Counted from the stretch's first letter, positions 1-14,680 are shown. The stretch: DNA of 64,000 nt from Felis catus (GCF_018350175.1 NC_058368.1:85252001-85316000), one strand, 5' to 3'. Translations and numbers: made by a program. The notes: a model not told the origin generated them from the letters alone.

Positions 1-1075
1 TGATTGGGTAATTTCACAGTTCTTATTCTGTAGCTCACTAATTCTGTCTTTCATATTGCCTAGTCTATTTTAAATGCCCTCTGTTCCATCATTTGCCTAA
101 CTTATTGTAATCTTCAGCTGCAGAATTTGTTTCTCTCTTATGAGTTCTCTCTTTGTTAAATTCCTAATCTGTCCTCCACGTATTATTTTCCCAATTTCAT
201 TGAATTCTCTCTTTTTTTCTTGAAGTTCTTCAGTTTCCTCAAAATGGCTATTTTAAACTCTTTATCAAATAGATAGAAAAATCTTCTGTCTTTGATTTTA
301 AATATTTGAGGTTTATTGTTATCTTTCAGAGGTGACAGGTTTCCTTGATTCTTCATGTTCCTTGGAGTTTTTACATTTGAAGTAGCAGACATCTCAGATC
401 TTTAATAGGGAGTGGGATACACTGTTTGTTGGTCCTGTTATATATGTGGCTTTCTCCAACTTTCTGTGGATGTATTGCTTCACACTGCTTGCTCCCTCTT
501 GTGGCAGAATTCATAAGATTTTATGTCTTTCCTGGTTCTTATTATTAACAGTCCCAGTATCTGAAAACCTCTTTCTTGTATTTTGCAGTGTGGCACCATA
601 GGTAAAGCTTGTGTTTTCTAAATGATGGAGAATGTTCTCACTATGGCACCTGGGAGCACACACACAGGAAGCCTGCCTCCAGTGAAGGAAAGTGTGAATT
701 TAACACTTGGGGCATCAAGGGTGCTTAAGGCCTCCTTGTGGACCCTTATGTGAGGTTTACTCAGAGGCTTACATATAAGCTTTCTTCTGAAGTGCTGTGT
801 CCAGTCAGCAGGGCTGTATCCTTTAATGAACTTTAGCATTCTTATCTGCATCTTTATCTGTTCCTCCTCCCAGTCATCTCCATGACTGGATTCAGTAGGT
901 TGTGTGCTGCTGTAGAGAACCAGGCTTCTTCTTCTTGCACAGCTAGGGTAACCAGGACGCATGCCCACTGTGGGAGAGGTCATCTTTGGCCAGTTTGGCC
1001 CCATGCTCTGTTGTTCAGGGAAGGAGAAGTACTGACAGAGTTTCTCATATGCTGTCCAGTATATTCAAACCTCTT

Positions 1076-1118
1076 CTTTTTTTTTTTTCTTTGAATTATT
1101 TTTTAAGTTTATTTATTT

Positions 1119-1154
<36 letters not shown>

Positions 1155-1309
1155 GAGGGGCAGAGAGAGAGGGAGACACAGAATCTGCAGCAGGTTCCAG
1201 GCTCTGAGCTGTCAGCACAGAGCCTGACACAGAGCTCAAACCCATGGATTGTCACATCATGACCTCACTGAAGTTGGACACTTAACCAACTTAACCACCC
1301 GGGTGCCCC
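1076..1309 (-). mobile_element. Can-SINE
   Basis: T tail, (GA)n, gagctgtcagcacagagcc, head ...gggtgcccc. Confidence 0.9.
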
Positions 1310-1997
1310 AGCAAACTCATTTCTTACTTGCTCCCTCCGGATACTCTAACATTCCCTCGGCAAGGCTGGACTTCTGCAGAGTCTCTTTCCTTGGAGGTGG
1401 ACTGCCTAAGTCAGCACTCTGCAGGTTTTCCCTAGCTGCAGCCAGGGGTTTTGGGGCTGGGTTTGTCAGCTCATATTGATTCTGCAGCCCATACTGAAGT
1501 CTGTCCTCAAATTACCATATGCTCAGTGGGTGAAAATTCTTACGTGTCCCTTGGCATGTGTCCCTGGATCCCACAGCTCCCAGAGGGGCACTCTTGTTTG
1601 TGGATAAAGGTCCCCTTAGTTGCTAAAAAGGGGGACAAAAAGAGGGACATCTGTGCCACTGTGATGGTGATCTCATCAGCCATTCCTTATGTGTAGGATT
1701 GCTACTGACAGATTTTCACAGCTCACTGTCTGTATTCCTGAATGATAACTTTGCTGAATGTAGAATTCCTGATTTACCGGTTTTTCTTTCAGCACTTGAG
1801 AAATGTGCCACCTCCTTCTGACTTCCATAGTTTCAGATGAAAAATCTACTTTCATTTAGATGTGTTTTCTTGTACAGGAACTGTCATTTCTTTCTGTCTG
1901 CTTTTACTACTTTTTTCTTATCAGTGGTTTCTAAAACTTTTATGATGTTATATCTTGTCATACATTTCTTTGGGTTATTCCTACTTGAGGTTCACTA

Positions 1998-2199
1998 ATT
2001 TTTTTTTATTTTTGAGAGAAAGCAAGAGCATGAGTGGGGGGAGGGGCAGAGGAAGAGACAGAGGGAAAGAGAGAGAATCTTAAGCAGGCTACATGCTCAG
2101 CATTGGACCCAACATTGGCCTTAGTCTCATGACCCTGATATTATGGTCTGAGACAAAATCGAGTTGGATGTTCAAACAACTGAGCCATCGAGGGGCCCC
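1998..2199 (-). mobile_element. Can-SINE (diverged)
   Basis: ttttgagaga...ggggcagag...caactgagccatcgaggggcccc. Confidence 0.8.
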
Positions 2200-3878
2200 T
2201 ATTGGTTTTTTTTTTTTTTTTTTGAATATGTAAGTTTATGTCTTTCACTAAATTAGGGGACTTTTAACAATTATTTAAGTGTTCTCTCCATCCCACATTC
2301 TGTGTCCTCTTCTTCCTCTGTAATACCAATCTGATTACTTTATTTTTGTGACACAGATTGATGAGCTCTGTTCATTTAACTTTTGTTCTATTTTCTCTCT
2401 GTTGTTCAGATTGACTAAATTATATTGATCTGCCATAATGTTCACTAATCTTAACTTCAGTCATCATGATTCTATGGAGACTATTATAGAATATTTTTAT
2501 TTCAGTTATTGTTGTTTACTTCTATAATTTTTATTTGGCTCTTTTTTTTATATCTTCTATTTCTTTACTGAAGTTCACTTTTTCATCTTTACTGTTATTT
2601 AGAATTTATTATTGACATGTTTTTATAATATCTGCTTTAATTATTTTTTCAGATAATTTCAACAGATGATTCGTCTTAGTATTCAAATTGGTTGATTGAC
2701 CTTTCTTATATTTTTGATTTTTCTGTTTCCTGGTATGAAGAGGAGTTTCCAGTTGTATACTGGGCTTTTGGGCTTATGTTACAGCCTGTTCTAGTCTTCT
2801 GTTCTAGCTGATATTTGTACCATATTTAAGTATAGCATCCAAAGCCTACTTTGGATTACTGCCATTGCTATTTGGTAATATTATATGGTATTTGAGGGAT
2901 GATGGACTTGGGGGATGGAAGATATTTCTGCTGCTCTCATCTCCAGGTACTCTGTGCTTATGAGTTTGCACTCTTTCTCTGCTGTTGTTCCTGGAGGAGA
3001 GAAGTGCTGACTTGTATTCTCTTCTGTTACCCAGAAGAGGGCAAAAGCCACAGGGTCTAGGTGGAGAGTTAGGAGACCCTAGTCCTGATTCCTTGCTGGG
3101 GTGGGTGGAAGGCCACTGGTTCCCTTGCCTGGATCATATTCTGTTGCTAGGTGGAGATGCAGGTGTGTCTTCATATGTATGGCTCCCTGCCTTGGACTGG
3201 AGGGCCAAAGACACTGGTGCCTTCCTGCTTTCTCTTGCCACTGGATGTAGAAATGGGGGGTGTCAGGTTAAGCACCAGGAGAGGGAACATAGGTGAGAAG
3301 AGGGGTCCACCTGTTGCCTCCTGGTGTGGGTTGGTGATGAGGTCAGGTGATGAGTGGATTCTATAGTCAGCAGGTTTGGGACAGGGAATGGGTTAATACC
3401 ACTAGCTGTGCTGGCAGCACTGATGCAGGTAGATGAAACCAGGCACTGCCACAAGTCATGGGTCTTCCTGCTAAGGCCTGTGGTTAGCTGACCTACACTA
3501 GATGTGAGTGGGTGGTGCTTCCAGATTAGGTTGGGCTAAGTCATATGCTGCCATCCATTTGACTTTCTCCTGTATCTGTGAGTTGACTTTAGACCATGGT
3601 CTGTTATGAACTGGGCTGAAGAAACTTATCTGTGAAAGCTTTGTCCTGCATTTCTCTAGTTACCTCTGAGTCCAGCAGACTTACCTGGGGTTGTCCATAA
3701 GAGTGATAGAGGCAGAAACAAGCAAGTGTGCTTGCATAGGTAATTTCCAACCCTCTACATAACTTCCACTAACTTCCAGTGGCCCAAGTAAGTGACATGG
3801 CTGAGTCCAGGGAAGGAAATCTGGGCCAACGAAATGAAAGTCAACTATATATATATTTTTAAATATTTTAAAATACTT

Positions 3879-4110
3879 CTTTTTTTAAGTTTATTTATTT
3901 ACTTTGAGAAAGAGAGAGTGACAGGGAGAGAGTGAGAGTGTGTGTGTGTGTGTGTGTGAGTGGGGAAGGGGCAGAGAGAGGAAGAGAGAGAGAATCTCAA
4001 GCAGACTCCATGTTGTCACTGCAGAGCCTCACATGGGGCTCATTCCCATGGCTGTGAGATCATGATCTGAACAGAAACCAACAGTCAACTGCCTGAGCCA
4101 TTTGGGTGTC
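3879..4110 (-). mobile_element. Can-SINE
   Basis: aagtttatttatt, (GA)/(GT) tract, ctgagccatttgggtgtc; flanked by gtcaactata repeats. Confidence 0.8.
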
Positions 4111-5152
4111 TGTCAACTATATTTTTAAAGATATATGCCTAATGAAAAAATTTTGAAAAAAATTAAAAGAATGCTGATTACAAAGTTAAGATATGTGGTC
4201 ATTAAATGAGTGATTGCTTTATAATATTTTGTAAAACTTCACATTATTTCGTAGAAGTTTTCAGTGTATGTTTTACTTTTAGGAATACAAAATACTAGGG
4301 TTAATTTCAGGAGGATCTACCAAGTGGATCTGGGAAATATAGTGTATTTTTATTGTTTTAGAATCTGAGGAGGGTTAATGTTACAACCAGGTCATATATT
4401 GATCTAAGAGGACAGGTAGAAGGAAGGGAATTGCCGGTGTAACTTATGCACATGTGTTTTGTTCCTTAGACTTGGAAGGTCACTGTCAGTTTCCTTGTTG
4501 GTTGTCAGGAAATTAGAAAATGTACCAAACATTCAGTTACTGGTTGTAGTTCCCTCAGAAAGATGAACCAGGAGCTATGCCTTGGGCAAAAGAATCAATC
4601 CCTTAACAAAAGTTACAGTTACTTAAAGTTTGCAGTCTTTCATTATATTGGAGAACATGTTTTTCCCTAGGAAAATAAATATCATAGGACAGTGATGTCA
4701 CGATTTATATGCATCAGTATTAAGAATTATGCACTAAATTTTAGTCAGTGGTGAATTATTTATCTATATTAGACAATTTAAAGTCAATAAAGGCTCATTT
4801 AATGAGCATAGAATTATGAAGACCAACCCATGGTCTCCTGGGTGTTTGTGACCATGAGTTCACCCATTTTTTGGTTATTAACTTGGCAACTAAAGTAATA
4901 CATTGATGTAGATGAGTCTACAATAAGTTTACTTGGATGAGAAGAAGAGGGATTAGAAAACTGCTGCCATGTTTTGAGGACAGTTAAAACCAGGTCATGG
5001 AAGTAATATTGACCCAGTTGGCAGGTGTTGAATATGAGTATTTCCTGCAGTGTGTTTGAGGTCACAGCTGTCATTGCCTTAGACAGACACAGTGGCAGAA
5101 AAAGAGACTACAAGCCCAGGTTTCCAGTGTTCAGGATCCTCATCTCACCTCT

Positions 5153-5206
<54 letters not shown>

Positions 5207-5340
5207 AGGGGAGGGGCAGAGAAAGAGGGAGAGAGAGAATCCCAAGCAGGCTTTACACTCTCAAGAACAGAGCCCAACATAAATTGGGGCCTGAAGTGAA
5301 ATCAAGGGTCAGACACTTAACTTAGTCAGCCAGGCATCCC
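5153..5340 (-). mobile_element. Can-SINE (partial)
   Basis: (GA)n, gagaatcccaagcaggct, aaatcaagggtcagacacttaac. Confidence 0.8.
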
Positions 5341-5479
5341 GAGGTTTTTTAATGAACATTTTGTCATATACTGATTATAAACCTTCTCCTTCTCTCTAAA
5401 TGTAGTATCTACCTTGATGGTTAACATGATAGAGTAGTTTTGTAGTAATACTCATTTTTAATTAAAGAAAAAAAATATT

Positions 5480-6500
5480 GAAATGATTTTTTAAAGAAAT
5501 AATACAAAGAATCCCTTGTACATTTAGCCCAGTGTCCCCTAGTGTTATTTGGAAAAACTATAGTATCACAACCAGAATATTGACATTAATAAAATTCATC
5601 AATGATATTCAAGTTTCAACAGGTTTTTATATGTATTAAATTCTATATACTTTTTATGCATTTATTCTTGAATACCCACAACCATAGACAAGATAATGTT
5701 AGTACCACCAACATTTGGATGTACTGTGTTGCCATTTTATAAACATATCCACTCAACATCATCCTAACAATGTCACTAAGTCCCTGCGGTCACTAATCTG
5801 ATGATTTCTAAAATGTCATTTCAAAATTCTTATTCACGTACAGAATCTTACAGTGTGTAAACTTTTGGGATTGGCTTTTTACTCAACATAAATTCCATGA
5901 AAACCATCAAATTTTGTGTTTATTAATAGTTTATTTTTACTGATGAACATTATTCCATTGTATGTATTATAATATTTGTTTAACATTTCATCTGTTGAAA
6001 GATATACAGTCTATTCTAGTTATGAGATTATTACAAACAAAACTTTTTTGAACATTCTTTTATAAGTTTTAGTTGGGACCTAAATTTTCATATCTTCGAG
6101 ACAAATACTAAGGAGTGAAATTGCCTGATCAGTCTAAGAAACTTCCAGACCATTTTCCAGGATGGATTGATCATTTTATATTCCAACCAGAACTGTATGA
6201 ATGATCAAGATTCTCTGCACCTATCCTCACTCTGTGTTGTCAATCTTTTTTAGTTTAGCAATTCTAATTGATCTGTAGTAATATCTCAATGTATTTTTAA
6301 TTTGCATTTCCCTTAGGCTGAAGGTAGTTGAACATCTTTTCACATGTTTATTTTTCATCTCCATATTCTCTTTAAAATGAAATGTATGCTCATGTTTTGT
6401 CTGTTTTCTAGAGTTACATGGTTTATCAGATACATTGCAAATATTTTCTTCCACCTGCACTTTGTTTTTTTATTATCATCATAACATATTTTATGTAAAA
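5480..6500 (-). mobile_element. Old L1 (L1MB/MC-like) 3' end, resumed at about 13200-13745 after the full-length L1
   Basis: ORF 6227-6460 (KHVKRCSTTFSLREMQIKNTLRYY) is the L1 ORF2 C-terminus; sequence continues collinearly after 13200. Confidence 0.75.
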
Positions 6501-6508
6501 ATTTTTGA

Positions 6509-9500
6509 AGGGGAGTCCAATATGGCAGAGAAGTAGGAGGACCTGAAGTTCCTTAGTTCCTCAAACACAGCAATGTTGAGGCCAAAGGACTTTGAATTCC
6601 AAGAGTCTGGGCTGCAGAGAGACAGAGATGTCTCCAGGGGCCCATGGGGACAACTTGGAGGCCATAGGTATATGATTGTGAACTGAGAGAGACAGAACAG
6701 GTGACCTAGGCACAGAGGGGAGGGATCCCCTTCTGTGGAGAGACAAAGGGAAGTGAAAGAGAGGCTGTGGAAGTGTAGGATTGTATCCCATGGACCAGGA
6801 CAGAGAAAGATCCATTCTCTAACTGCGGGGCTTTCTCCAGAACTGGGGCCGGCTGCCATGTTCATGCATCTCGGGAAGAGGGGAGCCAGCCCTGGGCTCA
6901 GTAACTAGTTCAGATGCGTAGTCCGCAGTGGGAGAAAGCAATCCCCTCCCCTGAGTGCGGTGGGAAGAAGGTATATAGTGATTACAAGGACAAAGGACAC
7001 TCCCTGTGCCCGCCATCCAGAGGCCATTTATGGGCAGGTGGAGCAGCACTTTCCTGGAACCAGGGCATGCAGAGCAGGACCCTTTAAGACACTGGGGTTT
7101 GAATTCCAGCCCAGCACCAAGGAGGCACGGGAGTTGGCAGAATGGGACAAACTGCCTCATTCACACCCGTGGCACTGTGAGGATGGCCTGAACACAGTGG
7201 TTTGGGACACCCAATCCAGGAAGGATAGAAACTAGGGTGTTCCCAATTTCTCCCCATCACCAACAAAGTAAGGCTTCAGGGAGCATCCAACGGGCCCACT
7301 GTGGAGGCTGTAACTGTCTACACCAAACCATGTCCCTCCACACCTGGTAACTGCTTATCTACTGGAGCAGGATTGACCCTGAGGAACCAGACAGCCCCTC
7401 CTCCAGACCAGCACTGTACCGGTTCCAAGGCTCCCAGCGGTTTCACATATCTTGATTTAATTCTTGGACAATTTTTATTATATGTATACTTTTTTCTTCC
7501 TTTTATCCTTATTTCTTCCCTCCTTCAGTCTGGTTATTCTGGTTGTTGGTTTGTTTAAGCAGACATATATAATCTAGTCTCTTTACACCTGTTCTATATC
7601 TTCTTTATTTTTCTCTCTGTCTCTGGATTAAGCCATATAGTTTCTCTACCTGGTCTATTTTATTTATTTTATTTTATTTTATTTTATTTTATTTTATTAT
7701 TTTCCCCCACCCTATCATTTCTGTCTTTGTATGAGATAAGGCTCTTCCATCACCACCACCCCACCTTTTATTTTTAAAAAAAATTTCCCCCAGGGCTACT
7801 TCAAAAAAACCAATCAAAGCACACCTGGTGGAAGGTCCAAAACATTACTACAAGTAGGAAGATAAGGCAACCAAAGTCACAAAAGCAGAAAGCAAGCAAT
7901 GCTCTCCAAAAATCACCTCCTGAAGGGCCAGGTCCTAGACAGTGTGTGACCCCTCTTTAATATAGTAGGGCTTTCATGTGCAGGGCACATAAAAGGATTT
8001 TAACACACATAAGGAACAGAAAACTAGGGAAAGTGATGAAACAGAATAATTCTCCTCAAAAGAAATTCCAGGAAGAAATGACAGCTAAAGAATTGCTCAA
8101 ATCAGATATAAACAATATATCTGATCAAGAATTTAACATTAGTAGTCATAAGAGTAGTCACTGGGCTTGACAAAGATCATATAAGACAGCAGAAAATCTA
8201 TTGCTGAAGAGATCAAGGAACTAAAAAAAGCAGTCATGTTGAATGAAGAAATGTAAATGAGGTGCAAAATAAACTAGATGCAGTCATGGTGAGGATTTAA
8301 GAGGCAGAGGGGAGAATACGTGAAATAGAAGATAAAATTTTGGAAACAGATGAAGCAGAAAAAGAGATAAAAAAATTCTAGACCATGAGGGGAAAATTAG
8401 AAAACTTAAGTGATTCACTGAAACGGAATGATATCCATATGATAGGAGTTCCAGAAGAAGAAGAGAAAGGAGTCAAAGGTTTACTTGAACAAATCATAGC
8501 TGAGAACTTCCCAGATCTGGGGAAGGAAACTGACATTGAAATCCAGGAGGCACAGAAAACTCCCTTCAGAGGTAACTTGAATTGATCTTCTGCACAACAT
8601 ATCATAGTGAAACTGGAAAAATACAAAGATAAAAAGATAATTCTGAAAGCAGCTAGGGAAAAATGATCCTTAACATACAAGGGTAGACACATAAGGGTAG
8701 TAGTAGCAGACATATCCACTGAAACTTGGCAGGCCAATGTGAGTGGCAGGAAATATTCAATGTGCTGAAAATGAAAAAAAAAAAAAAAAAGATTCCGCCA
8801 AGAATCCTTTATCCAGTAAGGCTGTCATTCAGAACAGAAAGAGAGATAAAAGTTCCCCCCACACCGCCCCCCCAAAAAAAAGAAACTGAAGGAGTTCATC
8901 ACCACTAAACCAGCCCTACAAGAGATCATAAGGAGGACTCTGTGAGTGGAATGTGCAAAGACTACAAAGGACCAGTAGAATGTGCAAAGACTACAAAGGA
9001 CCAGAGTTATCACGACAAGCAGGAATCCTATAGATAGCATAATGACAATACATTTATCTCTCAGTAATAACACTGAATGTAAATGGACTAAACACTCCAA
9101 TCAAAAGACGTAGGGTAACAGAATGGATTAAAAAAAAAAAAAAAAAAACAAGACCCATCTATTTGCTGTCTACAAGAGACACATTTTAGACCTGAGGACA
9201 CCTTCAGATCGAAAGTGAGGAGCTGGAGAACCTCACTGTGACTGCATCTATCTACTGGAAGTCAAGAAAAAGCTTGAGTAGCCACACTGATAACACTGAT
9301 AACAGACAAACTAGATTTTAAATAAAGTCTATAACAAGAGATGAAGAAGAGCATTATATCATCATTTATCACCCCATCATCATTATCATCATTATCATCA
9401 CCCCATATCATGGGGTGTATCCATCAAGAAGAACTAACAATTATAAATGTTTATGCACTCAATTTGGAGGAACCCAAATATATAAAACAATAATCACAAA

Positions 9501-12500
9501 TATAGGCAATCTTATTGGTAAGGATGTGGTCATTGCAGGGGACTTTAATATTCCACTTACAACAATGGACAGATCATCTAGACAGAAAATCAACAAGGAA
9601 ACAATGGCCCAGAATGATACACTGGACAAGATGGACTTGACAGATATATTCAGAGCTTTTCATCCCAAAGCAGAATATACATTCTTCTTGAGTGCTCATG
9701 GAACATTCTCCAAGATAGATCACATACTGCGTCACAAAACAGCTCTCAATAAATATAAAAGAATTGACATCATACCATGCACATTTCAGATAACAATGCT
9801 ATGAAACTTGAAACAAACTACAAGCAAAAGTTTGGAATACCTCCAAATGCATAGAGGTTAAAGAACATCCTACTAAAGAAAAAATGGGTCAACCAGACAA
9901 ATAAGAAATTAAAATATACATGGAAACAAATGAAAATGGAAATACAACAGTCCAAACCCTTTGGGATACAGCAAAGGCAGTCCTAAGAGGAAAATACATT
10001 GCAATTCAGGCCTATCTCAAAAAACAAGAAAAATCCCAAATACAGAATCTAAAAGTACTTGTAAAGGAACTATAAGCAGAGCAGCAAAGAAACCCCAAGG
10101 CCGGAAGAAGAGAAATTTTAAAGACTAGAGCAAAAATAAACAATATAGAATCAAAACAAAACTAAACAACAACAACAAAAAAACAGATCCATGAAACTAA
10201 GCTGATTTTTTAAAAAATAACCAAAATTGATAACCCACTAGCCAGACTTCTCAAAAAGAAAAGATAGAGGACCAGAATAGGTAAAATCACGAATGAAATT
10301 GGACTTATCACAACCAACCCTTCAGAAATACAAACAATTTTCAGAGAATATGAAAAAAATATATGCCAACAAAGTGGACAACCTGGAAGAAATGGACACA
10401 TTCGTAGACACCCACACACTATCAAAGCTTAAATGGGGAGAAAGAGAATATTTGAACAGACACATAAATAGTGAAGAAATTGAATCAGTCATCAAAAATC
10501 TCCCAACAAATAAAGAGTCCTGGACCAGATGGCTTCCCAGGGGAATTCTACCAGACATTTAAAGCGGAGTTAATACCTATCCTTCTCAAGCTGTTCCAAA
10601 AAATAGAAATGGAAGGAATGCTTTTGGACTCATTCTATGAAGCCAGCATTACTTTGTTTCCCAAACTAGACAGAGACCCCACAAAAAAGGAGAATTACAG
10701 GACAATGTCTCTGATGGAAATGGATGTAAAAATTGTCAACAAGATACTGGCAAATAAAATTAAACAGCATATAAAAAGAATTATTCACCATGGTCAAGTG
10801 GCATCTATTCCTAAGCGACGGGACTGGTTCAATATTCACAAATCAAACAATGTGATACATCACATTAATAAAAGAAACAATATAAATCATATGATCTTGT
10901 CAATAGATGCAGAAAGAGCATTTGACAAAATACAGCATCTTGTCTTAATTAAAAACACTCAAGAAAGTCTGAATAGAAGGAACATACATAATCATAAACA
11001 CCATATATGAAAATCCCACAGCTAATATCATCCTCAATGGGGAAAAACTGAGAGCTTTCCCCCTGAAATCAGGAACATGACGGGGATGGCCACTCTCACT
11101 AGTGTCGTTTAACATAGTGTTGGAAGTCCTAGCCTAAGCAATCAGACAACAAAGTGAAACAAAAGGCATAAAAATTGGCAAAGAAGAAGTCAGACTCTCA
11201 CTATTCACAGACTATGTGATAACTCTATGTAGAAAATCTGAAAGACTCCACCAAAAAATTGCTAGTACTGATACTTCTCGTAATATGAAATCAAAATACA
11301 GAAATCTGTTGCATTTCTATACACCAATAATGAAGCAGCAGAAATCAAGAAATTGATCCCATGTACAATTGCACCAAGAGCCATAAAATACCTAGAAATA
11401 AACCTAACCAAATATGTAAAAGATCTGTATGCTGAAAACTATAGAAAGCTTATGAAGGAAATTGAAGAAGGCACAAAGAAATAGAAAAACATTCCATGCT
11501 TATGGATTGGAAGAATAAATATTGTTAAAATGTCAATACTACCCAAAGCAATCTACACATTCAACGCAATCCTCTTCATACCGGCATTCTTCTCAAAGTT
11601 AGAACAAACAATCCTAAAATTTGTATGGAATCATAAAAGACACCAAATAGCCAAAGTAATGTTGAAAAAAAATGCAAAGCGAGAGGCATCACAATCCCAG
11701 GCTTTAGCCTCTACTACAAAGCTGTAATCATCAAGACAGCATGGTATTGGCACAAAAACAGACACATAGACCAATGGAATAGAATAGAGACCCCAGAATT
11801 GGACCCACAAACATATGGCCAACTAATCTGTGACACAGCAGGAAAAAGTGTCCAATGTAAAAAAGACAGTCTCTTTAGCAAATGGTGCTTGGAGAACTCG
11901 ACAGCAACATGCAATGAATGAATGGAACTAGACCACTCTCTTACACCATACACAGAAATAACTCAAAATGGATGAAAGACCTAAAAGTGAGATAGGAAAC
12001 CATCAAAACCCTAGAGGAGAAAGCAGGAAACAACCTCTTTGATCTCAGCTGCCCCAATTTCTTGCTTGACATGTCTCCAAAGGCAAGTGAATTAAAAGCA
12101 AAAATGAACTCTTGGGACCTCACCAAGATCAAAAGCTTCTGCACTGCAAAGGAAACAATCAACAAAACTAAAAAAAAACAACTGACGTAATGGGAAAATA
12201 TATTTGCAAATGACATATCAGATAAAGGGTTAGTATCCAAAATGTATAAAGAACTCACCAAACTGAACACCCAAGAAACAAATAATCCCGTGAGGAAATG
12301 GGCAGAAGACATGAATAGACACTTTTCCAAAGAAGACATCCAGATAGCCAATAGACACATGAAAAGATGCTCAATGTCACTCATCATTAGGAAAATACAA
12401 ATCAAAGCGACACTGAGATACCGCCTCATACCAGTCAGAGTGGCTAAAATTAACAACTCAGGAAACAACAGATGCTGGCAAGGATGTGGAGAATTGGGAA

Positions 12501-13170
12501 CCTTCTTGCACCGTTGGTGGGAATGCAAACTGGTGCAGCCTCACTGGAAAACAGTGTGGAGGTTCTCAAAAAATTAAAAATAGATCTACCCTACAACCCA
12601 GCAATAGCACTACTGGGGATTTAGCCAATGGATACCAGAGTGCTGATTCATAGGGGCACATGTACCCCAAAGTTTGTAGCAGTGCTTTCAACAATAGCCA
12701 AATTACGGAAAGAGCCTAACTGTCCATCAACTAATGAGTGGTTTATATATACCATGAAATACTACTTGGCAATGAGAAACAATGAAATCCTGCCATTTTC
12801 AGCAAAGTGGATGGAACTGAAATAAGTCGGTCAGAGAAAGACAGATATCAGATGTTTTCACTCATGTGGAACTTGAGAACCTTAAGACCGTGGGGGAAAG
12901 GAAGGGAAAAAAAAAAATTAGTTACAAACAGAGAGGGAGACAGGCAAACGATAAAAAACTGTTAAATACAGAGAACAAACTGTGGGTTCATGGGTGGGGG
13001 GAGAGGGAAAGATGGATGATGGGCATTGAGGAGGGCACTTGGGGTGAGCACTGGTGTTGTATGTTAGCAATGAATCACAGAAATCTACCCGCAAAACCAA
13101 GAACACACTGTAGACACTGTATGTTTACAAACTTGACAATAAATTACATTTTAAAAATAATAATAAAAAA
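6509..13170 (+). mobile_element. Full-length carnivore/feliform LINE-1, inactivated
   Basis: 5' start ggggagtccaatatggcag (YY1-like). GC-richer 5'UTR; ORF1 remnant about 8030-8945 (IGVPEEEE..IIAENFP); ORF2 remnant about 9042-12830 ([34 protein letters not shown]-terminal [19 protein letters not shown]); A-rich tail. Degenerate TSD taaaaattttt/taaaacttttt. Many stops and frameshifts. Confidence 0.95.
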
Positions 13171-13172
13171 TA

Positions 13173-13203
<31 letters not shown>

Positions 13204-13748
13204 ACTGTCGACGAGGTCCAGTATATAAATTTTACCTTTCATGGATTGTGCCTTCAGTGTCATGTCTAAGAATTCTGCCAACCATAGATCCTGATGATTT
13301 CCTTTTTCTTTTCCCTGCAAAACATTTTTTAAGTTTTTGTTTTAGTTCCAGTTAGTTAACATAGAGTATAATATTAATATACTAATACTATCACTAAACT
13401 GTGACTCAAAGAGGTACATAGTGATTCAAAAGGGGTACATACACCCCAATGTTATTGCAGCATTATCTATAATAGCTAAATTGTGGAAACAGCCCAAATG
13501 TCTTCTAAACAGTTTATAGTTATATTTTATACTTTGTTCATGATCAATTTTGAATTAACTTTATATCTAGTGTGAACTTCAGGTTGATGTTTATTGTATT
13601 TGCCTGTGCATGCCCAATTCCTTTGTCACTATTTGTTATGAAAGCTAAACTTCATCCATTGATTGATTGGCACATTGGCTAATACTCATCTGGGCATAAT
13701 CTTGTGGGTCTGTTTCTACATTTTGTCCCATTAATTTATGTTGCTGTC

Positions 13749-14225
13749 TGTGGTAGGCAGAATAATGGTTCTGCCAAAATACTCACATCTGAGTTTATGA
13801 AACCTTAAATAAGTCATGTCACATGACAGTTGTTAGTTGAAGCATCAGATGGATTTAAGTTGCTAGTCAGTGTACTTTAAAATAAAAGGATTAACCTGGA
13901 TTATCTGGCCAAACATAATCACAAGGGTTCTTAAATGGGAAAGATGGAGGCAGAAATGTCAGAATCAGAGAAATGGTAGTGTGCAAAAGAATTGACCAGT
14001 CATTGCAGGTTTTGAGTTGAAAGGGGACATGAGGCAAGAAATGTGAGCATTATGTAGATGCTTGAAAAAGACAAGAATATGGATTATCCCCTAGACTCCA
14101 GAAAGGAGTGTATACATGGTGACACCTTGATTTATGCCCAGTGAAACAAATTATAGATTACTGTCTAAGAGAAATTCAAGTTAATGAGTTAAGTCACTAT
14201 TTTTTTTGGTAGAAAAGAAAAACAA
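13749..14225 (+). mobile_element. MaLR LTR (MLT1D-like)
   Basis: Starts tgtggtaggcagaataatgg; internal ctggattatctgg, gtgacaccttgatt, cccagtga motifs typical of MLT1. Confidence 0.75.
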
Positions 14226-14503
14226 ACAAAGTATGGAAAAATAAGATAAAAACAAACTTCTTATTTGAAGGTTGGAAACTGATAAGCATTAAAGAGAAAC
14301 TAAAAGAAAGTACAAATTACCATAAGGTTTTCTAAAACCATCAGCATGCTACAGATTCCGCAAATACTGAAAAGATAATATGATACACGGTGAACTTTAT
14401 GTCAAAACAATGACAACTGATGAAATTGACATATTCCTTGAAAAAAAATCATAACAGATACAACAAAAATATTAATTTGGTAGATATCTTTAAAATATCA
14501 GCA

Positions 14504-14680
14504 GGGTGCTTGGGTGACACAGTCAGTTAAGTGTCCAACTCTTGATATTGGTTTCAGTCATGATCTCACAATTCATAAAATCAAGCCCCATGCTGTCAAC
14601 ACAGAGCCTGCTTGGGATTCTCTCTCCCTCTCTCTCTGCCCTTCCCTCATTGTCTCTTAAAATAAATAAATAAACGTTTT
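14504..14680 (+). mobile_element. Can-SINE
   Basis: gggtgcttgggtgacacagtcagttaag...gggattctctctccctc...aataaataaa. Confidence 0.85.

Larger units (their letters stand above)
1..2900 (-). mobile_element. Old L1M 5'UTR/ORF1 remnants (interrupted by two SINEs)
   Basis: ORF 183-392 (DKEFKIAILRKLK) resembles the L1 ORF1 N-terminus; T-rich antisense L1 texture. Confidence 0.6.

Noticed and set aside
8385..12825. L1 ORF1/ORF2 fragments in the ORF track as active reverse transcriptase genes
   Set aside because: Broken by many stops and frameshifts; a dead LINE-1, not a novel RT system.
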